Shown here in pieces: positions 22,800 to 34,802 of a DNA stretch of 64,000 bases. The notes under the pieces are model-generated. The model made no database searches. It had not been told where the DNA came from and saw only the letters and a program-made list of their open reading frames with translations. A program made the position numbers and the translations under genes. Each line of letters starts with the position of its first letter. Positions within the stretch are counted from its first letter, which is position 1. The DNA lies in NCBI GenBank assembly GCA_964252035.1, contig OZ176200.1, one strand, 5' to 3'. The DNA comes from Podarcis erhardii (Eukaryota).

Positions 22800-24814
22800 T
22801 TTTTTAAAAAAATAATTTTTATTAACAGGCCAATCACATCACATTATCCAAATCACATTAGTTCCAAATTATACAGCCAAATTTTAAATTTTGTTGGGGG
22901 TACCCATACATCAAGCTCCGCACGAGTCCAAAACTCTGAACGAGTCCAAACATCACTTATATTACTGCTTTAATTAGACAGTTCTATCCAGTTCAATCCA
23001 GATAGTCCTTTATTACTTTCTTTCTCTTCTTGTTGTTATCATATATTCCTTTCTTTGCGATCTCTGCTAATTTTCACAAGCAGATTGAAAACAGGCATCC
23101 TCTGTGTGGGTTTTGTACTCTTCAAAGATCATATCGCTCAGGGACAGCCTCTGTTCAACGCTTCCATAAAAAAAAATTAATCTTCGGTCTGTCCTTTACT
23201 TTTCTCTTCTTCTTTTTTTTTTTTTTTAAAAAAAATAATATTTATTAAAGTTTCAACAATTACAGAAAGAAAAAATAAACATACCACATTAAGCAAAAAC
23301 AAAACAACACACCACAATATAAAAAAGAGGGGGAAAAGAAAAAAACAACAGAGAAATATAGCCCATTAAACGAAAACAAAAACGCAAAAAAGAAAATGCA
23401 TCAGATCTCCTCAGTACCATTCTTTCATTAGCTTATTTCCTTGACCTCCTCACACCTCCCTTTTTTGTATTCTAGGTCTATTATCTATTTCAGCAAATCC
23501 CTTCCCTCTTTTAAAATTTTTGTCCTGTAAATTGTTTTAATATAATGTAGCTTTACTTTTCCTCCTTTCACCAATTAACAGTCAGTTATTCCCAAATCAT
23601 TTATATCCTTCCTGCTAAAATCATATAATATTGTTCCAACATCCTTCTAACAGATATTAATTTTACAGTGTTTCTATAAATAGTATTTAAATTTCCTCCA
23701 AACTTCCTCCACCGACTCTTCTCCCTGGTCTCGGATTCTGCCAGTCATTTCCGCCAGTTCCATATAGTCTATCACCTTCATCTGCCATTCTTCCCGGGTG
23801 GGTAAATCTTGTGTCTTCCAATACTTTGCAATAAGTATTCTTGCTGCTGTTGTAGCATACATAAAAAAAGTTCTGTCCTTCTTTGGCACCAATTGGCCGA
23901 CCATGCCCAGGAGAAAGGCCTCTGGTTTCTTCAGAAAGGTATATTTAAATACCTTTTTCATTTCATTATAGATCATCTCCCAGAAGGTCTTAATCCTTGG
24001 GCACGTCCACCAAAGGTGAAAGAATGTACCTTCACTGTCCTTTACTTTTCTCAGGCTTGCCAAATAAATCAAATGAATCAGGAGGCTCTGTCAGGTCAAG
24101 CTTGCGTTCCAACATTCCTTCTCTTTCGAACGATCCTGATTCTCCTCCCCCTGTCCTTCTTTCTCCGGCAAGCCTGTCTTGGCGAGACGCCATTTTTTAA
24201 CTGCGTCATAAAAAATTTCCTCTTTCTCACCATTCACCAATCCTCTCTCCTGTTATAACCCATCCCACACAGTTCTTGAATTCCTGCTTGTGATTAATAA
24301 AAACGCAACGATCTTATTTCTATCTGGGGTGAAGGGTTATTAATATCACATCGTGCAAAGAAAAAAAAAGTTTTTTCCTCCACCCCCCCCCCTTCATTCC
24401 AAACAGTCTCCTAGTGGTGATTCATCAGAAGATTTACTTATCCATCCGTCACTCCCGGTCACAGAGATCCATTAATCAGCAGTCTTATCTCTTGAACATT
24501 ACTTGATGTATGTGCTTCAGCTTCATTCCAATCATATGTTTCCAATTATAATTCCGAGCTGAAGCTAACCAGCACGCGCTAATTGGAATCGGCGTCAGGA
24601 AGATCTGACTTCACCGAGGGCTCGTGCCAAGTGTTCGGCACCCCCATCTCTCGAATCAGGGGGTGCATTGTGAACACCGCTGGCAAGGCAGCGCCCCCCG
24701 TCTCCTGGGGGGGTAGGAAGACTGCATACTTCCCATAGCAGCCCCTTAATTACCTCGTATGGGTCAGAGAGATGTTATTGTCGGCCATCTTCCAACGCGC
24801 CACCTGGTGGCCCC
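22800..24814 (-). mobile_element. Non-autonomous L1-like retroelement (about 1.17 kb excluding its nested insert)
   Basis: 17-bp TSD gtttagggaagctttta at 22783-22799 and 24815-24831, at a TTTT/AA site. L1-like 5' end (ggaagatggccg). AATAAA and A-tail at its 3' end. Confidence 0.8.
23207..24034 (-). mobile_element. 5'-truncated L1 (ORF2 zinc-knuckle C-terminus, 3' UTR, poly-A) nested in the element above
   Basis: ORF 23674-24072 contains GTFFHLWWTCPRIKTFW and KYWK. Poly(T) at 23213-23227. 18-bp TSD ctgtcctttacttttctc at 23189-23206 and 24035-24052. Confidence 0.88.
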
Positions 24815-24921
24815 GTTTAGGGAAGCTTTTAATGTTCGACAAACTATTGTATTTTAATATTTTGCTCGAAGCTGCCCAGAGTGGCTGGGGAAACCCAGCC
24901 AGATGGGCAGGGTATAAATAA

Positions 24922-24958
<37 letters not shown>
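24815..24958 (+). mobile_element. L2-clade 3' end with (ATT)n tail (host of the L1-like insertion)
   Basis: gctgcccagagtggctggggaaacccagccagatgggcagggtataaat followed by (att)n. Confidence 0.8.
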
Positions 24959-25039
24959 GTGGGCCACATGGGAGGAGGGGCCTTGGTTCTCAGCCAGGAG
25001 ATTTCTCACTGGTGATCTACACCCAAGGCAGCTTACAAC

Positions 25040-25614
25040 CAGGGCGGGATTTAGGTTTGATGAGACCCTAAGAGCTACTGAAGGTAATGGGGCCCTTTAT
25101 ATGTCCAGCTATCCTTTGTCAACAACAAATTGTCACTGTTTTTTGTGTTGAATATATGCTATATGGTAATTTATGGATCTAATAGGTATCTAAAGCCATT
25201 TGCACATAACTAAATATGTATTTTATCAAAGTAATTGTTGAACTGAAATACAATTAAGAAGTAGTATATTAATAGTGAAATAATTATTAAGCTCTAACGT
25301 AAAATGATTTTTTATTCATAACAAACTGAATAATGCAAACACATTGGCATTTGGCAATAACAAAAGTTCCTTTAAAAATCAGCAAACCAGTGATATTTTA
25401 GGGAGCAGGCTAGCAGGTGGGGCCCATTACTTACATCATAGGAGCCTACACAACACAAAACACTGTTGCTGTATGTAGGTTTTATTCCATTTGTTTTTTC
25501 TTATATTTTGCAAATGTACATCCACATGTTTTTTTCTTTATTTTTTTGGGGGGGCACCAAGAGAGTGGGGCCCTAAGCTATAGCTTGTTTAGCTTATACG
25601 TAAATCCGGCACTG
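25040..25614. mobile_element. hAT-like non-autonomous DNA transposon
   Basis: TIRs cagggcgggattta / taaatccggcactg; 8-bp TSD cttacaac/cttacaaa. Confidence 0.75.
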
Positions 25615-26781
25615 CTTACAAAATCAACAATTAAACTACAAACAATGAGCATACTAAAAATTAAAGGTGACATTCAATTAAATGAGTCCTGGCAACAAAA
25701 GCCCTGCACAAAGACTTCTGCTTATGGAACAGGGCTTTCTCTTCTCTCCTCCCTCTGCACCCCTTGAAATTGGCTGGGAGTGGGTCCAGGATAAGCCCAG
25801 AACAACACACAGTGGGAGGAGAGAGGGGGGCATTGAATCAGGCAAGCAGAAATGGAAAGAAGGGAAGAGTGCAATGCTGAATTCCACTCTAAGCAGTTCA
25901 TAGTGGCAGGGACAGCAGCACATAAATGCACAAATATCTTAGGGAAAAAGAATGGAGTTCCCATCTTCTTTGGACTGTTTCCACTCCTTTTTGAGCGGGG
26001 TTCATGTGGAAAGGAGCAGAACTCCTTCCACCTATACCCAGTATAATAAAAGTGTTTTCACAGGGACTTCATGGCTTACCGTGCCCCGTGCTGAAAGGGA
26101 GGAAATGCTGCCATGTACATAGATATATTCTTGTTAAACTTAAATTGTATTAATGTTTAAATGTCCAAACTGAAAACCAGGTCTAGTCAGTAAGATGTAG
26201 GGCTAAGAAAGCTGTGTTGTCAGCGGTTTCACAGATACATGCCTTTCTCTGGGAAGGGATTTACTTATTTAGATTTCTAGGACCGTTATATCACTCCTCA
26301 GAGCAAGCAGCAATGGAGCTGAAGTGACAGAGAAGAATGTGATGTAGTGTTGATAGGAGTTCAGTACAGCTATTTTTGTTTAATCAGTTGAAATATCATT
26401 AACTGTTATTTTGATACAGATGTATGGATTTTTTAATTTTATTTTTAATATTAGCTGTTGTACATTTTCTTCAGAAAATAAAATGGGGGGTGGGCATAAA
26501 TATACAGTTAAATTTCTCCCTGCCCATAACTCTAGAATAGATTCTCATTTGGATCAGTTACCGTGCCAACAGCAATCTTGCACCAACAGCAATTCTGTAA
26601 GATAGTTTTCCATCTACAAAAATTCCAACCCAAGGTTAAAAGGTGACAGCTTACCTGTGATCCCTCAGCTAAAGTGGGATTGGAACAAGAAGAGTGGAGC
26701 AAAGGGAGCTATTAAGGATGGTTCTCAGGTAGATAGGAATGGCTTGTGGTGCAAAATATCCCTCCAACCCCCCAGAAGAAA

Positions 26782-27747
26782 TCAGGTTGTGTTCTTGTCA
26801 CGTGCAAGCTGCTTTGTCCTGGAAATAACCCTGTATAAGGCCCCCTTCACTTCTGCATTCCGTAGGCTATAGATGAGGGGGTTGAGCACAGGGGTGACTA
26901 TTGCATAAAATACTGACACCACCTTGTTGAGGTTGATTGATGAGGCCACCTTAGTACGTACATACATGAAGAAGAGTGTCCCATAGAAGATGGACACCAC
27001 TGTCAGGTGGGCAGTACAGGTGGAAAAGGCACGGCGGCGCCCTCCGACGGAATGAATCTTCAGCACTGTGGAGATAATGCGGACATACGATACTACAATG
27101 ACAACAGAGGAAACCAGGAGCACCATCAGCGAGACCAGGAAGTCAACCATCTCCTTCAGGGAGACATCAGTGCATGAGAGGACGATGAGTGGAGAAGCAT
27201 CACAGAAGAAGTGGTCTATAACATTGGGGCCACAGAAAGTCAACCGGGACATGAAGTAGATGGGCAGTGCTGGGGTGAGGAACCCCACTAGCCACGAGCC
27301 AGCAGCCAGAAGCATGCAAGCATCTCGGCCTACCATCTCCTGGTAACGCAGAGGCACGCAAATAGCCACATAGCGGTCATAGGCCATGGCTGCCAGCAAG
27401 AAGCACTCAGTGCTGCCCAAGAAGGTAAAGAGGTAAAGTTGGGCCAAGCAGGCAGAATAGGAGATAATTCGACCACCAGGAGATCCAAAGCTGGCCAGCA
27501 TCTTGGGCACAGTGAGGGAGGTGTACCACATGTCCAGGCATGAAAGGTGGAGGAGGAAGAAATACATGGGGGTGTGCAAGCGCCTTTCTGTTGCCACCAC
27601 CAGGACCAGGATGGCATTTTCGGTCAGGGTCAGCAAATACATGACCAGGAAGAAGGAAAAAAGAGGCAGGCGCCCCTCATTGATGCCTGTGAAGCCCACC
27701 AAGACAAACTCTTCCACAAGGGTCCAGTTCTCATGTTGAGGCTGCAT
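26782..27747 (-). CDS. OR6Q1: Olfactory receptor OR6Q1-like, intact 321 aa
   Basis: Full OR motifs. Extensive recalled identity to OR6Q1 (MQP..NWT.V.EFV, FTFLG.TECFLLAAMAYDRYVAIC, WLVGFLTP.LPIY, GPNVIDHF.CDASPL, VDFLVSL, YGTLFFMYV.TKV.SSIN.NKVVSVFY). Confidence 0.9.
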   Translation of the reverse strand: MQPQHENWTLVEEFVLVGFTGINEGRLPLFSFFLVMYLLTLTENAILVLVVATERRLHTPMYFFLLHLSCLDMWYTSLTVPKMLASFGSPGGRIISYSACLAQLYLFTFLGSTECFLLAAMAYDRYVAICVPLRYQEMVGRDACMLLAAGSWLVGFLTPALPIYFMSRLTFCGPNVIDHFFCDASPLIVLSCTDVSLKEMVDFLVSLMVLLVSSVVIVVSYVRIISTVLKIHSVGGRRRAFSTCTAHLTVVSIFYGTLFFMYVRTKVASSINLNKVVSVFYAIVTPVLNPLIYSLRNAEVKGALYRVISRTKQLARDKNTT

Positions 27748-28334
27748 CTAAGAGGACTGGCACAGCATTGTTAGGCTATTGTGCCCCATGGATAAAAGCA
27801 GAAGGTTAATTCTAAACATTCAATCTTGTATAGATATTATTTTTAAAATAAGGTATATTCTATATTCACATCATTTATTTTCTCTCTGTTTTTCTAAGCC
27901 CCCTTTGCACCAAGAAGTGACCAAGGCAATGTGGCTAAAGAGCCAATGTGGATCAAGTCTGTAGCACATGGAACAACCAACAGCTGCTAACCAAGCAACA
28001 GCCACTAGCCATTATCCCTTTGTTCTACCTGCTGAGAATTGCAAGTGGAGAGGGTGTTCAGCGCTGTTGTGCTCAGGCCTTCCTACAGGCTTCCCATAGG
28101 CATCTGGCTGACCGTTGTGAGAACCAAATGCTGGGCTAGATGGGCTTTTAGTCTGATCCAGCATTGCTCTCCTTATGCTAAACAGAAGCTCTGCCACTGA
28201 GCTAATGTTAAGTCCTTGTGTTAACTCTGGGCCACTTACAACAACCCTGTAGTAAGGATTAAAACTAAGGGAACAATCAAGTGATCTATGGACGCTTCTC
28301 TGAAAGCTTTTCTGCACAACAACGGTGGGGTCTT

Positions 28335-28942
28335 AGAAAATGGAGGTTCCTCCATGAAGACCAAGCAGGCTTTCTCCCAGGTAGACACATATTTGCTAAT
28401 ACAAGGAACATTATTGACATTTTGGAACTTTTGCAAACAGACATAAATACAAAAGCAGTGTTAATTTTTATAGATACGGAGAAGCCCTTTGATAATATCT
28501 CTTGGAAATTTATGAAGGGAAATCTAAAAGAAATGGGAGTGGGACGGGGTTTTGAGAATGGGATTGATGCAATATATTCAGAACAAAAGGTTAAATTGAT
28601 AGTTAACAATGTGGTTACAGAAGAGTTTAAAATTGAAAAAGGAACACGACAAGGCTGCCCGATTTCCCCTCTGCTATTTATTTCGGTTCTGGAGGTGCTC
28701 TTGAATATGATCAGATGGGACCGGTTGGTGGAAGGGATCCAGGTCGGAGCGAAACAATATAAACTTAAAGCCTTTGCAGATGACCTAGTTTTGACTTTGC
28801 AGGAGCCGGAATCTAGTACGAAAAGAGTATTGCAACTGATACAAGACTTTGGTCGGGTAGCGGGATTTAAATTAAACAAACAGAAAACCAAGGTGCTGGG
28901 GGAAAATTTGACAGACACAGAGTCAGAACGGTTTCAGAGGGA
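28335..28942 (+). mobile_element. L1 ORF2 reverse-transcriptase fragment, truncated at both ends
   Basis: DQAGFLPGR, IDTEKPFD, GTRQGCPISPLLF, FADD, AGFKLNKQKT. Confidence 0.9.
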
Positions 28943-29150
28943 AACAGAATGTGTTGTTTCTACACGCTGAAGTGCAAAGGCAACAGCAGCTGCTTCTCTT
29001 GAATGTGTATTTCAAATTCTCAGCTCTAATATTTTTCACTCAGTCATGCTCACCATCACTTCTAGTACTCTGTCCTAATAGTTGGACTGTTCTGCTTGGA
29101 GCATTTATCATGCCCATGTGGAACACCTAGCAAATGTTGGCTAAGGGTTA

Positions 29151-29516
29151 AGGTAAAGGTAAAGGTACCCCTGCCCGTATGGGCCAGTCGTGTCCGACTC
29201 TGGGGTTGCGTGCTCATCTCGCTTAAGAGGCCGGGAGCGAGCGCTGTCCGAAGACACTTCCGGGTCACGTGGCCAGCATGACGAAGCTGCTCTGGTGAGC
29301 CAGCACCAGCGCAGCGCACGGAAACGCCGTTACCTTCCCGCTATAAAGCGGCACCTATTTATCTACTTGCACTTAGGGGTGCTTTCGAACTGCTAGGGGG
29401 GCAGGAGCTGGGACCGAATGACGGGAGCTCACCCCGCTGCAGGGATTCGAACCGCCGACCATACGATCGGCAAGTCCTAGGCACTGAGGTTTTACCCACA
29501 GCGCCACCCGCTTCCC
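29151..29516 (-). mobile_element. Sauria SINE
   Basis: 13-bp TSD tggctaagggtta (29138-29150, 29517-29529) and (tacctt)n tail. Confidence 0.92.
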
Positions 29517-29891
29517 TGGCTAAGGGTTACTGTAATGTAAATATATCAGAAAATGACAGTTGCATAGATAAGAAATGTCCTGAACTTTGGAAAGATCTTC
29601 CTAACCTGGCTTTAGTGCATGAGGTTTTTTTATGTCTGTCACTGAAAGAATAATGGACCTCAACAACAAAAGACCCCTGCAGACAAGTGCTCAGCACAAA
29701 TTGTGTGTTGATAATATATTGCTTGTAATTATTTTTAGATGACTCTTTTGGGATGCCGCCATGTTTCTTTACAAAGACCTTGAAATGTAGTTTTAATACA
29801 AACTAAAATGCATTTAACAAATACCTGTCTTTTTACAAAATTCTCAGTGCAAATTCACAGCAATGCACAAACAACTTGAGTATGCCGAAGT

Positions 29892-30863
29892 TCATGACAA
29901 TACAATAAGGGCAGTTCTCTGTGTGCTCTTCAGACATGTGTTCTTTACTCGGCTGAGGACCTTTCCCAAGGCTTTTTTCACATCTTTGTTCCTGAGGGTA
30001 TAGATGATGGGATTCAGCACTGGGGTGATGACAGTATAGAACACAGATACCACTTTTTCCAGTTCAGAAGTCTGACCGGAATGTGGACAGAGGTACATGA
30101 AGATGACAGTGCTGTAGAAGATGGTGACCACCGTGAGATGGCTGGCACATGTGGAAAAGGTCTTGTGCCTTCCAGAAGCAGATGGGAGATCCAAGATGGT
30201 AGAAACAATCAGGGCATAAGAAGTCAAAGTCAGGAGAAAGGACACAAGCACAATCACTGCAGAGACAAGAAAGACCATTGTGTCAGCCATGAAGGTGTCT
30301 CCAGTCGATAAGTTAATTAAGGGGCTCGTGTCACAGAAGAAGTGGTTGATCTGGTTGCTGCCATTGAAGGGGAGCTGGGAGATGAAGGCTATGGGCAAGA
30401 AGGGGGTCAGGAAGCCCCCCAGCCAGCAACTGCAGGCTAGGCAAGCACAGATACAGCTGTTCATGAGCACAGGATACTGCAGTGGCTGGCAGATGGCTAA
30501 GTACCTGTCATAGGCCATAATAGCCAAGAGGAAAAATTCTGTGGTACCAAGTGAGAAGAAGAAATACATCTGGGTGATGCAAGCCTGCAAGGAGATGGCT
30601 TGGGGGCCATTGAGAAAGTCCCCCAGCAGCCGGGGAACTGTGACTGAGGTGTAGCACATCTCTAGGAATGAGAAATTGCTCAGGAAGAAGTACATGGGGA
30701 CATGTAGAGCCACATCCATATTTGAGAGGAGAATGATCAAGGCATTGCCAAGGAGAATGAAGAGGTAGACTACCAAGAAACTGAAGAACAACAGGATCCG
30801 GAACTCCTGGAATCCAGAGAAGCCCAGTAGGATGAATTCAGGGGCTGAGGTGTTGTTCAGCAT
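29892..30863 (-). CDS. Olfactory receptor, family 6/11-like, intact 323 aa (start MLNNTSAPEF)
   Basis: LHVPMYFFL, MAYDRYLAIC, KTFSTCASHL, PVLNPIIYTLRN. The first 55 aa of the ORF-track call are upstream intron (pyrimidine tract, then AG at 30867-30868). Confidence 0.9.
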   Translation of the reverse strand: MLNNTSAPEFILLGFSGFQEFRILLFFSFLVVYLFILLGNALIILLSNMDVALHVPMYFFLSNFSFLEMCYTSVTVPRLLGDFLNGPQAISLQACITQMYFFFSLGTTEFFLLAIMAYDRYLAICQPLQYPVLMNSCICACLACSCWLGGFLTPFLPIAFISQLPFNGSNQINHFFCDTSPLINLSTGDTFMADTMVFLVSAVIVLVSFLLTLTSYALIVSTILDLPSASGRHKTFSTCASHLTVVTIFYSTVIFMYLCPHSGQTSELEKVVSVFYTVITPVLNPIIYTLRNKDVKKALGKVLSRVKNTCLKSTQRTALIVLS

Positions 30864-31830
30864 AGTCTTGGTGTTGCATGTACAGCCAGCATCAAAAACA
30901 GGAGGAGGGAGAGAGAAACAGACAAAGATGTGTTGGTGATAAAGAGATACCAAATGGAAAATCCCAACATTTGCTGTTCTAAGGACATCTGAGTCCACTT
31001 TCATTATCTTTGGTTTGAACAAAGCCATAATTCTGTCTCATGATGATACAAGTAAGTTTCAAGTTTCATTCATAGACATTTACATATACTGAAGTCAACC
31101 CGATTTGGCTTTTTGGTCATTTAGGATGTGTAACGGACATTGTATATTTTTTCCCAGATCACAATTCACCCTATTATTGACGTTTTTCCAAGGATGGGTT
31201 AAGCCTGGTTGTAGTGACTCACAAAGTGGACAAGTGTTGAATCATTCACAAAACCTATTCAACAGCATTTTGAAACCACCGGGATATAGTTATGTGAATC
31301 ACCTTCTGAGATTGGTTCAACAATTCAAAATCTTACTTTGGTGGAACCCAAGTTCCTAATAGGCACAACTCAATCAAGCCTCCATCTCCAACCTCTTAGT
31401 TGGAGTATTAGCATGGTCGCAGTGGAAGTTGCCTTATATTGAGTCAGACCATCTTCCCATCTAGCTCAGTTTTGTCTACACTGACTGGAAGTAGTTCTTC
31501 AGAGTTTCAGGAAGGATTACCAGTATCTTGCAGCCCTACTTGGAGATACTGGGGAAAGAAACTCCTATTGCTCCTTGTCGAACAGAAATTATTCCTTCCC
31601 CAGTCTTGACATTTGATTTCAAGTTGCAAGACTTCACAGAGAGAACTTAATCCCCTGCCCCTCATGTCTTGAAGAATCAAAGCATAAACAAAATATAAAA
31701 AGGTACCATATTCTTTTCCGTGTATATAACATAAACTACATTGATAAAAGTATGAGACAAAACAAAACAATATTAATCAGAAAACTAAAAAGAAGATGGA
31801 ACACCAGTTGAAAATCCATTGCAACTGCTC

Positions 31831-31832
<2 letters not shown>

Positions 31833-31871
<39 letters not shown>

Positions 31872-31872
31872 T
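31833..31872. repeat. (ATTT)n microsatellite
   Basis: Read directly. Confidence 0.9.
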
Positions 31873-34518
31873 TGTTTTTCCAATTTTATTTTTTCAGCTG
31901 TCTTTGGATGGAGTGAGAAAATCCAACACCTGAGGAGAGTTTATGCTTTTGATCCTAGGGACCCTTAGTTATATTTTCTTTGTCCTAAGAAAGACAGAAA
32001 AATATATGAGGCTGAAGAAACTGAAATGTTGCAATTAGTCAACAGAATTGTGTAAAAGACCCTGGGTGGAGTGTAAGAAAAATCTGGGACAGCATATACT
32101 TTTAAAACAATATATAAAGAAAACCAGGAGGGATAACTCTGATAAGCAACAAATAGTGTAGTTGCCTTTTGTTCATGCAACATTCGTGGGCAACATTTAA
32201 TGGGAATTAGTTTTTGTACAATCCATGAAAACTACAAATTAAGTTAATTAAGATTCATTTAATATTCATATAGTTAAAAGCTGGAGTCGTCACTCATTTT
32301 CTTGAAGACTTTATTTGGGAGAGGACCATAGCTTGGTGACAGAGCACATGCTGTGCATGTAGAAGTCTAGGGCTCAATTCCTGACATCTCCAGTAAAGGC
32401 TGGGAACAACTCCTGCCTGAACCCCACTGCCAGTCAGCAAAAACAAAATTGAGCTACATGAACTCATAATTTGATTCATTATAAAGGCAACTTCCTGTTT
32501 TGCTTAGTAAAGCACACTGCCACAACCCAAAGCAGAATCAAGCCCATTAAATAATATTTGTAGATGTGCTTAACTCTGTAAGATTGTGAACAGAAAAACA
32601 AATATTCCGGTGTCACACTCAGTGAGGATCTAAACATAATATGTAACTTTGTTAAAGGAATGCAAATGAGAAGAGGGATCAAATCATCTTAAAGATGGAA
32701 CCATATTCTTTTCCGTGTATATAACATAAACTACAATGATAAAAGTATAAGACAAAACAAAACAATATTAATCAGAAAACTACAATTTGGAAGTCAATCC
32801 AACTCCATCTTCTGTATTAATCTATGCTTGATTCAATGGCTAACCTTTCCAGAACAAATGCAAGCAGATTCTTCTATGTTATACAGTGCACACTTACACC
32901 ATATTTTGTTCTGATCTTCTGAGTCAAAGAAAGAACATAAGCCTGGAATGCCAAATGAAAGTGAAATTCAAATGATACAAACAAAAGTTGATAACAGCAT
33001 TCTGCTGCTGAAGCACATTACACATGTGTTCCTAATACACATGCTTATTCCTATAGCATTTCTTTTCAGAAATTGTCTTTGGGTTTGTCAATTACCAGGA
33101 GTGGTATTGGGAGCTAACCAATTTCTGCAGGTAGATACAGGCTTGGGTAGCCATGGGAAAGGACAGAAAAATGTTAACTTCCCTGCCTTTAAATTTCAGG
33201 CAACCATTTTTGGGTGTCATGGAAGGAGCGTGAATTATTAGGCTTTTAATTTTTTATCATTGTATTTTCACTCCCAGGAAAACCAGTCTTCAGTACTATG
33301 TACACATGACTTTACATGGGGAAAGTGTTTGCATGTTTCTGCCTCCCACAGCAAAATGCCTTGAAAGGCTCTGATAAGAATGAAAGAAAACTAAGCTTGT
33401 GTCCTCATAGCAAACTGGGATCAGAGAGGAGAGAATACATACCTTAAATCACAAGGCCAATCTTGCAGTCACTGAGATGTAGCCTCTGCAGAAATAAATC
33501 ACAAAACCCCTTCCTCTACTTACCAACCAAGCTGACTTCAGGTCAAGAGCAAGGAATCAGTCAACATGGTTTTTCTCCTGTTTTACTGCAGACAATTTTT
33601 GCATGCAGAGAAGGATTCTGCTTACAGACTCCATGAGCCGGATCCTTAAGTAGAATCAGGATCTAGCTTGACAAAAACTGGCCCACTCAGCTTTTCTTTT
33701 CTAACTGCTCAGAGCATCAGTCACACGCCACAAATTACAACCCCCAAGACCTGACTATGCATAGCTATGCCTTTGGCCATCTCAGCAGGCAAACTGAACA
33801 GGGGAGCTGCTGGCTTTATATAAGATCAGCTGGGGGGCCAAGAGATTCACACTTTGTTTCTTATGGGTGAAAGATTCACAGCCCAATTATCCCTTGATGA
33901 GCTACTTGGAAAACAGATCAGGCATTCAAGTATAAAAAATTCTGGAGTAGAGAGACATCACTTTATAAGGGCACCTGAGGCCTTTGAATCCTCTTGAGAG
34001 AGTGACATTTCTATAGGGACGGATCCAGATGATTGGCTGCTGCACCTACACAACTCTGGTATTCAACAGACAAACTGCAGCCCAGTGGGATCCCACTGTG
34101 GAAAGTGGTTCTTCTGCAGCAGCAGGTGTCTGTGTGGGTGGAAAGGGGCATGCAGGGAAGCCAGAAATTGGTGATCTTCAAACTCCTCACTAGGCTCACT
34201 GTCAATGCATTCATATGTATAATAAATGCAGGCTACACCAGCAAGATGAGCAACAGCTAGTTTAACTTCTTGGTTTCTGTTACACAGTTTTTAGCATACC
34301 TTTGCCTTTTGGCCACTAGGTGGCAACTACATAAATATAGATCTGCAAACCGTCTCAGTCCTCCATAATCAGCCTGGGGTGACCCTAATGAAGAGGCTGG
34401 TCTTGTCTGTCTTAAGGAGGACAAACCATCTGGGGGGAGGCCTTCTGTTATAGGCCTTGTGTGCAGGCTCCCCTGAAGGCTGCAGGGAAATTCCAGTGGG
34501 GAGAATTAAATAGGTCTT

Positions 34519-34658
34519 AGAATCGTAGAAATGTAGAGTTGTAAAGAACCATGAAGGTCATCTTGTTCCACCCCCTGCAATGCAGGGAGCTTTTGCTGAA
34601 GTTGGGCTCAAATTTAAGACCCTGAGATTAAGAGAGTCATGCTCTACGGATTAAGCTA
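34519..34658 (-). mobile_element. tRNA/CR1-tail SINE (same family as 5720-5860)
   Basis: agaatcgtagaaatgtagagttg...accctgagattaagagagtcatgctcta...agcta. Confidence 0.65.
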
Positions 34659-34802
34659 TATGAATCCTTGTGGGCCCACCTGTGTGGGTGAGCAACAAAA
34701 TAAACCAGCTGGGTACTTGGATTCAAAATGTGGGGCATTGTGCACTCTCCTACAGAGAGAACGCCCCAGTAGCAGAGTTAAGCTGTAGTATAATGTTAGG
34801 AA

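Noticed and set aside
30864-31028. 55-aa N-terminal extension of the OR ORF
   Set aside because: It contains the pyrimidine tract and acceptor. The canonical OR start is MLNNT, carrying the N-glycosylation site.
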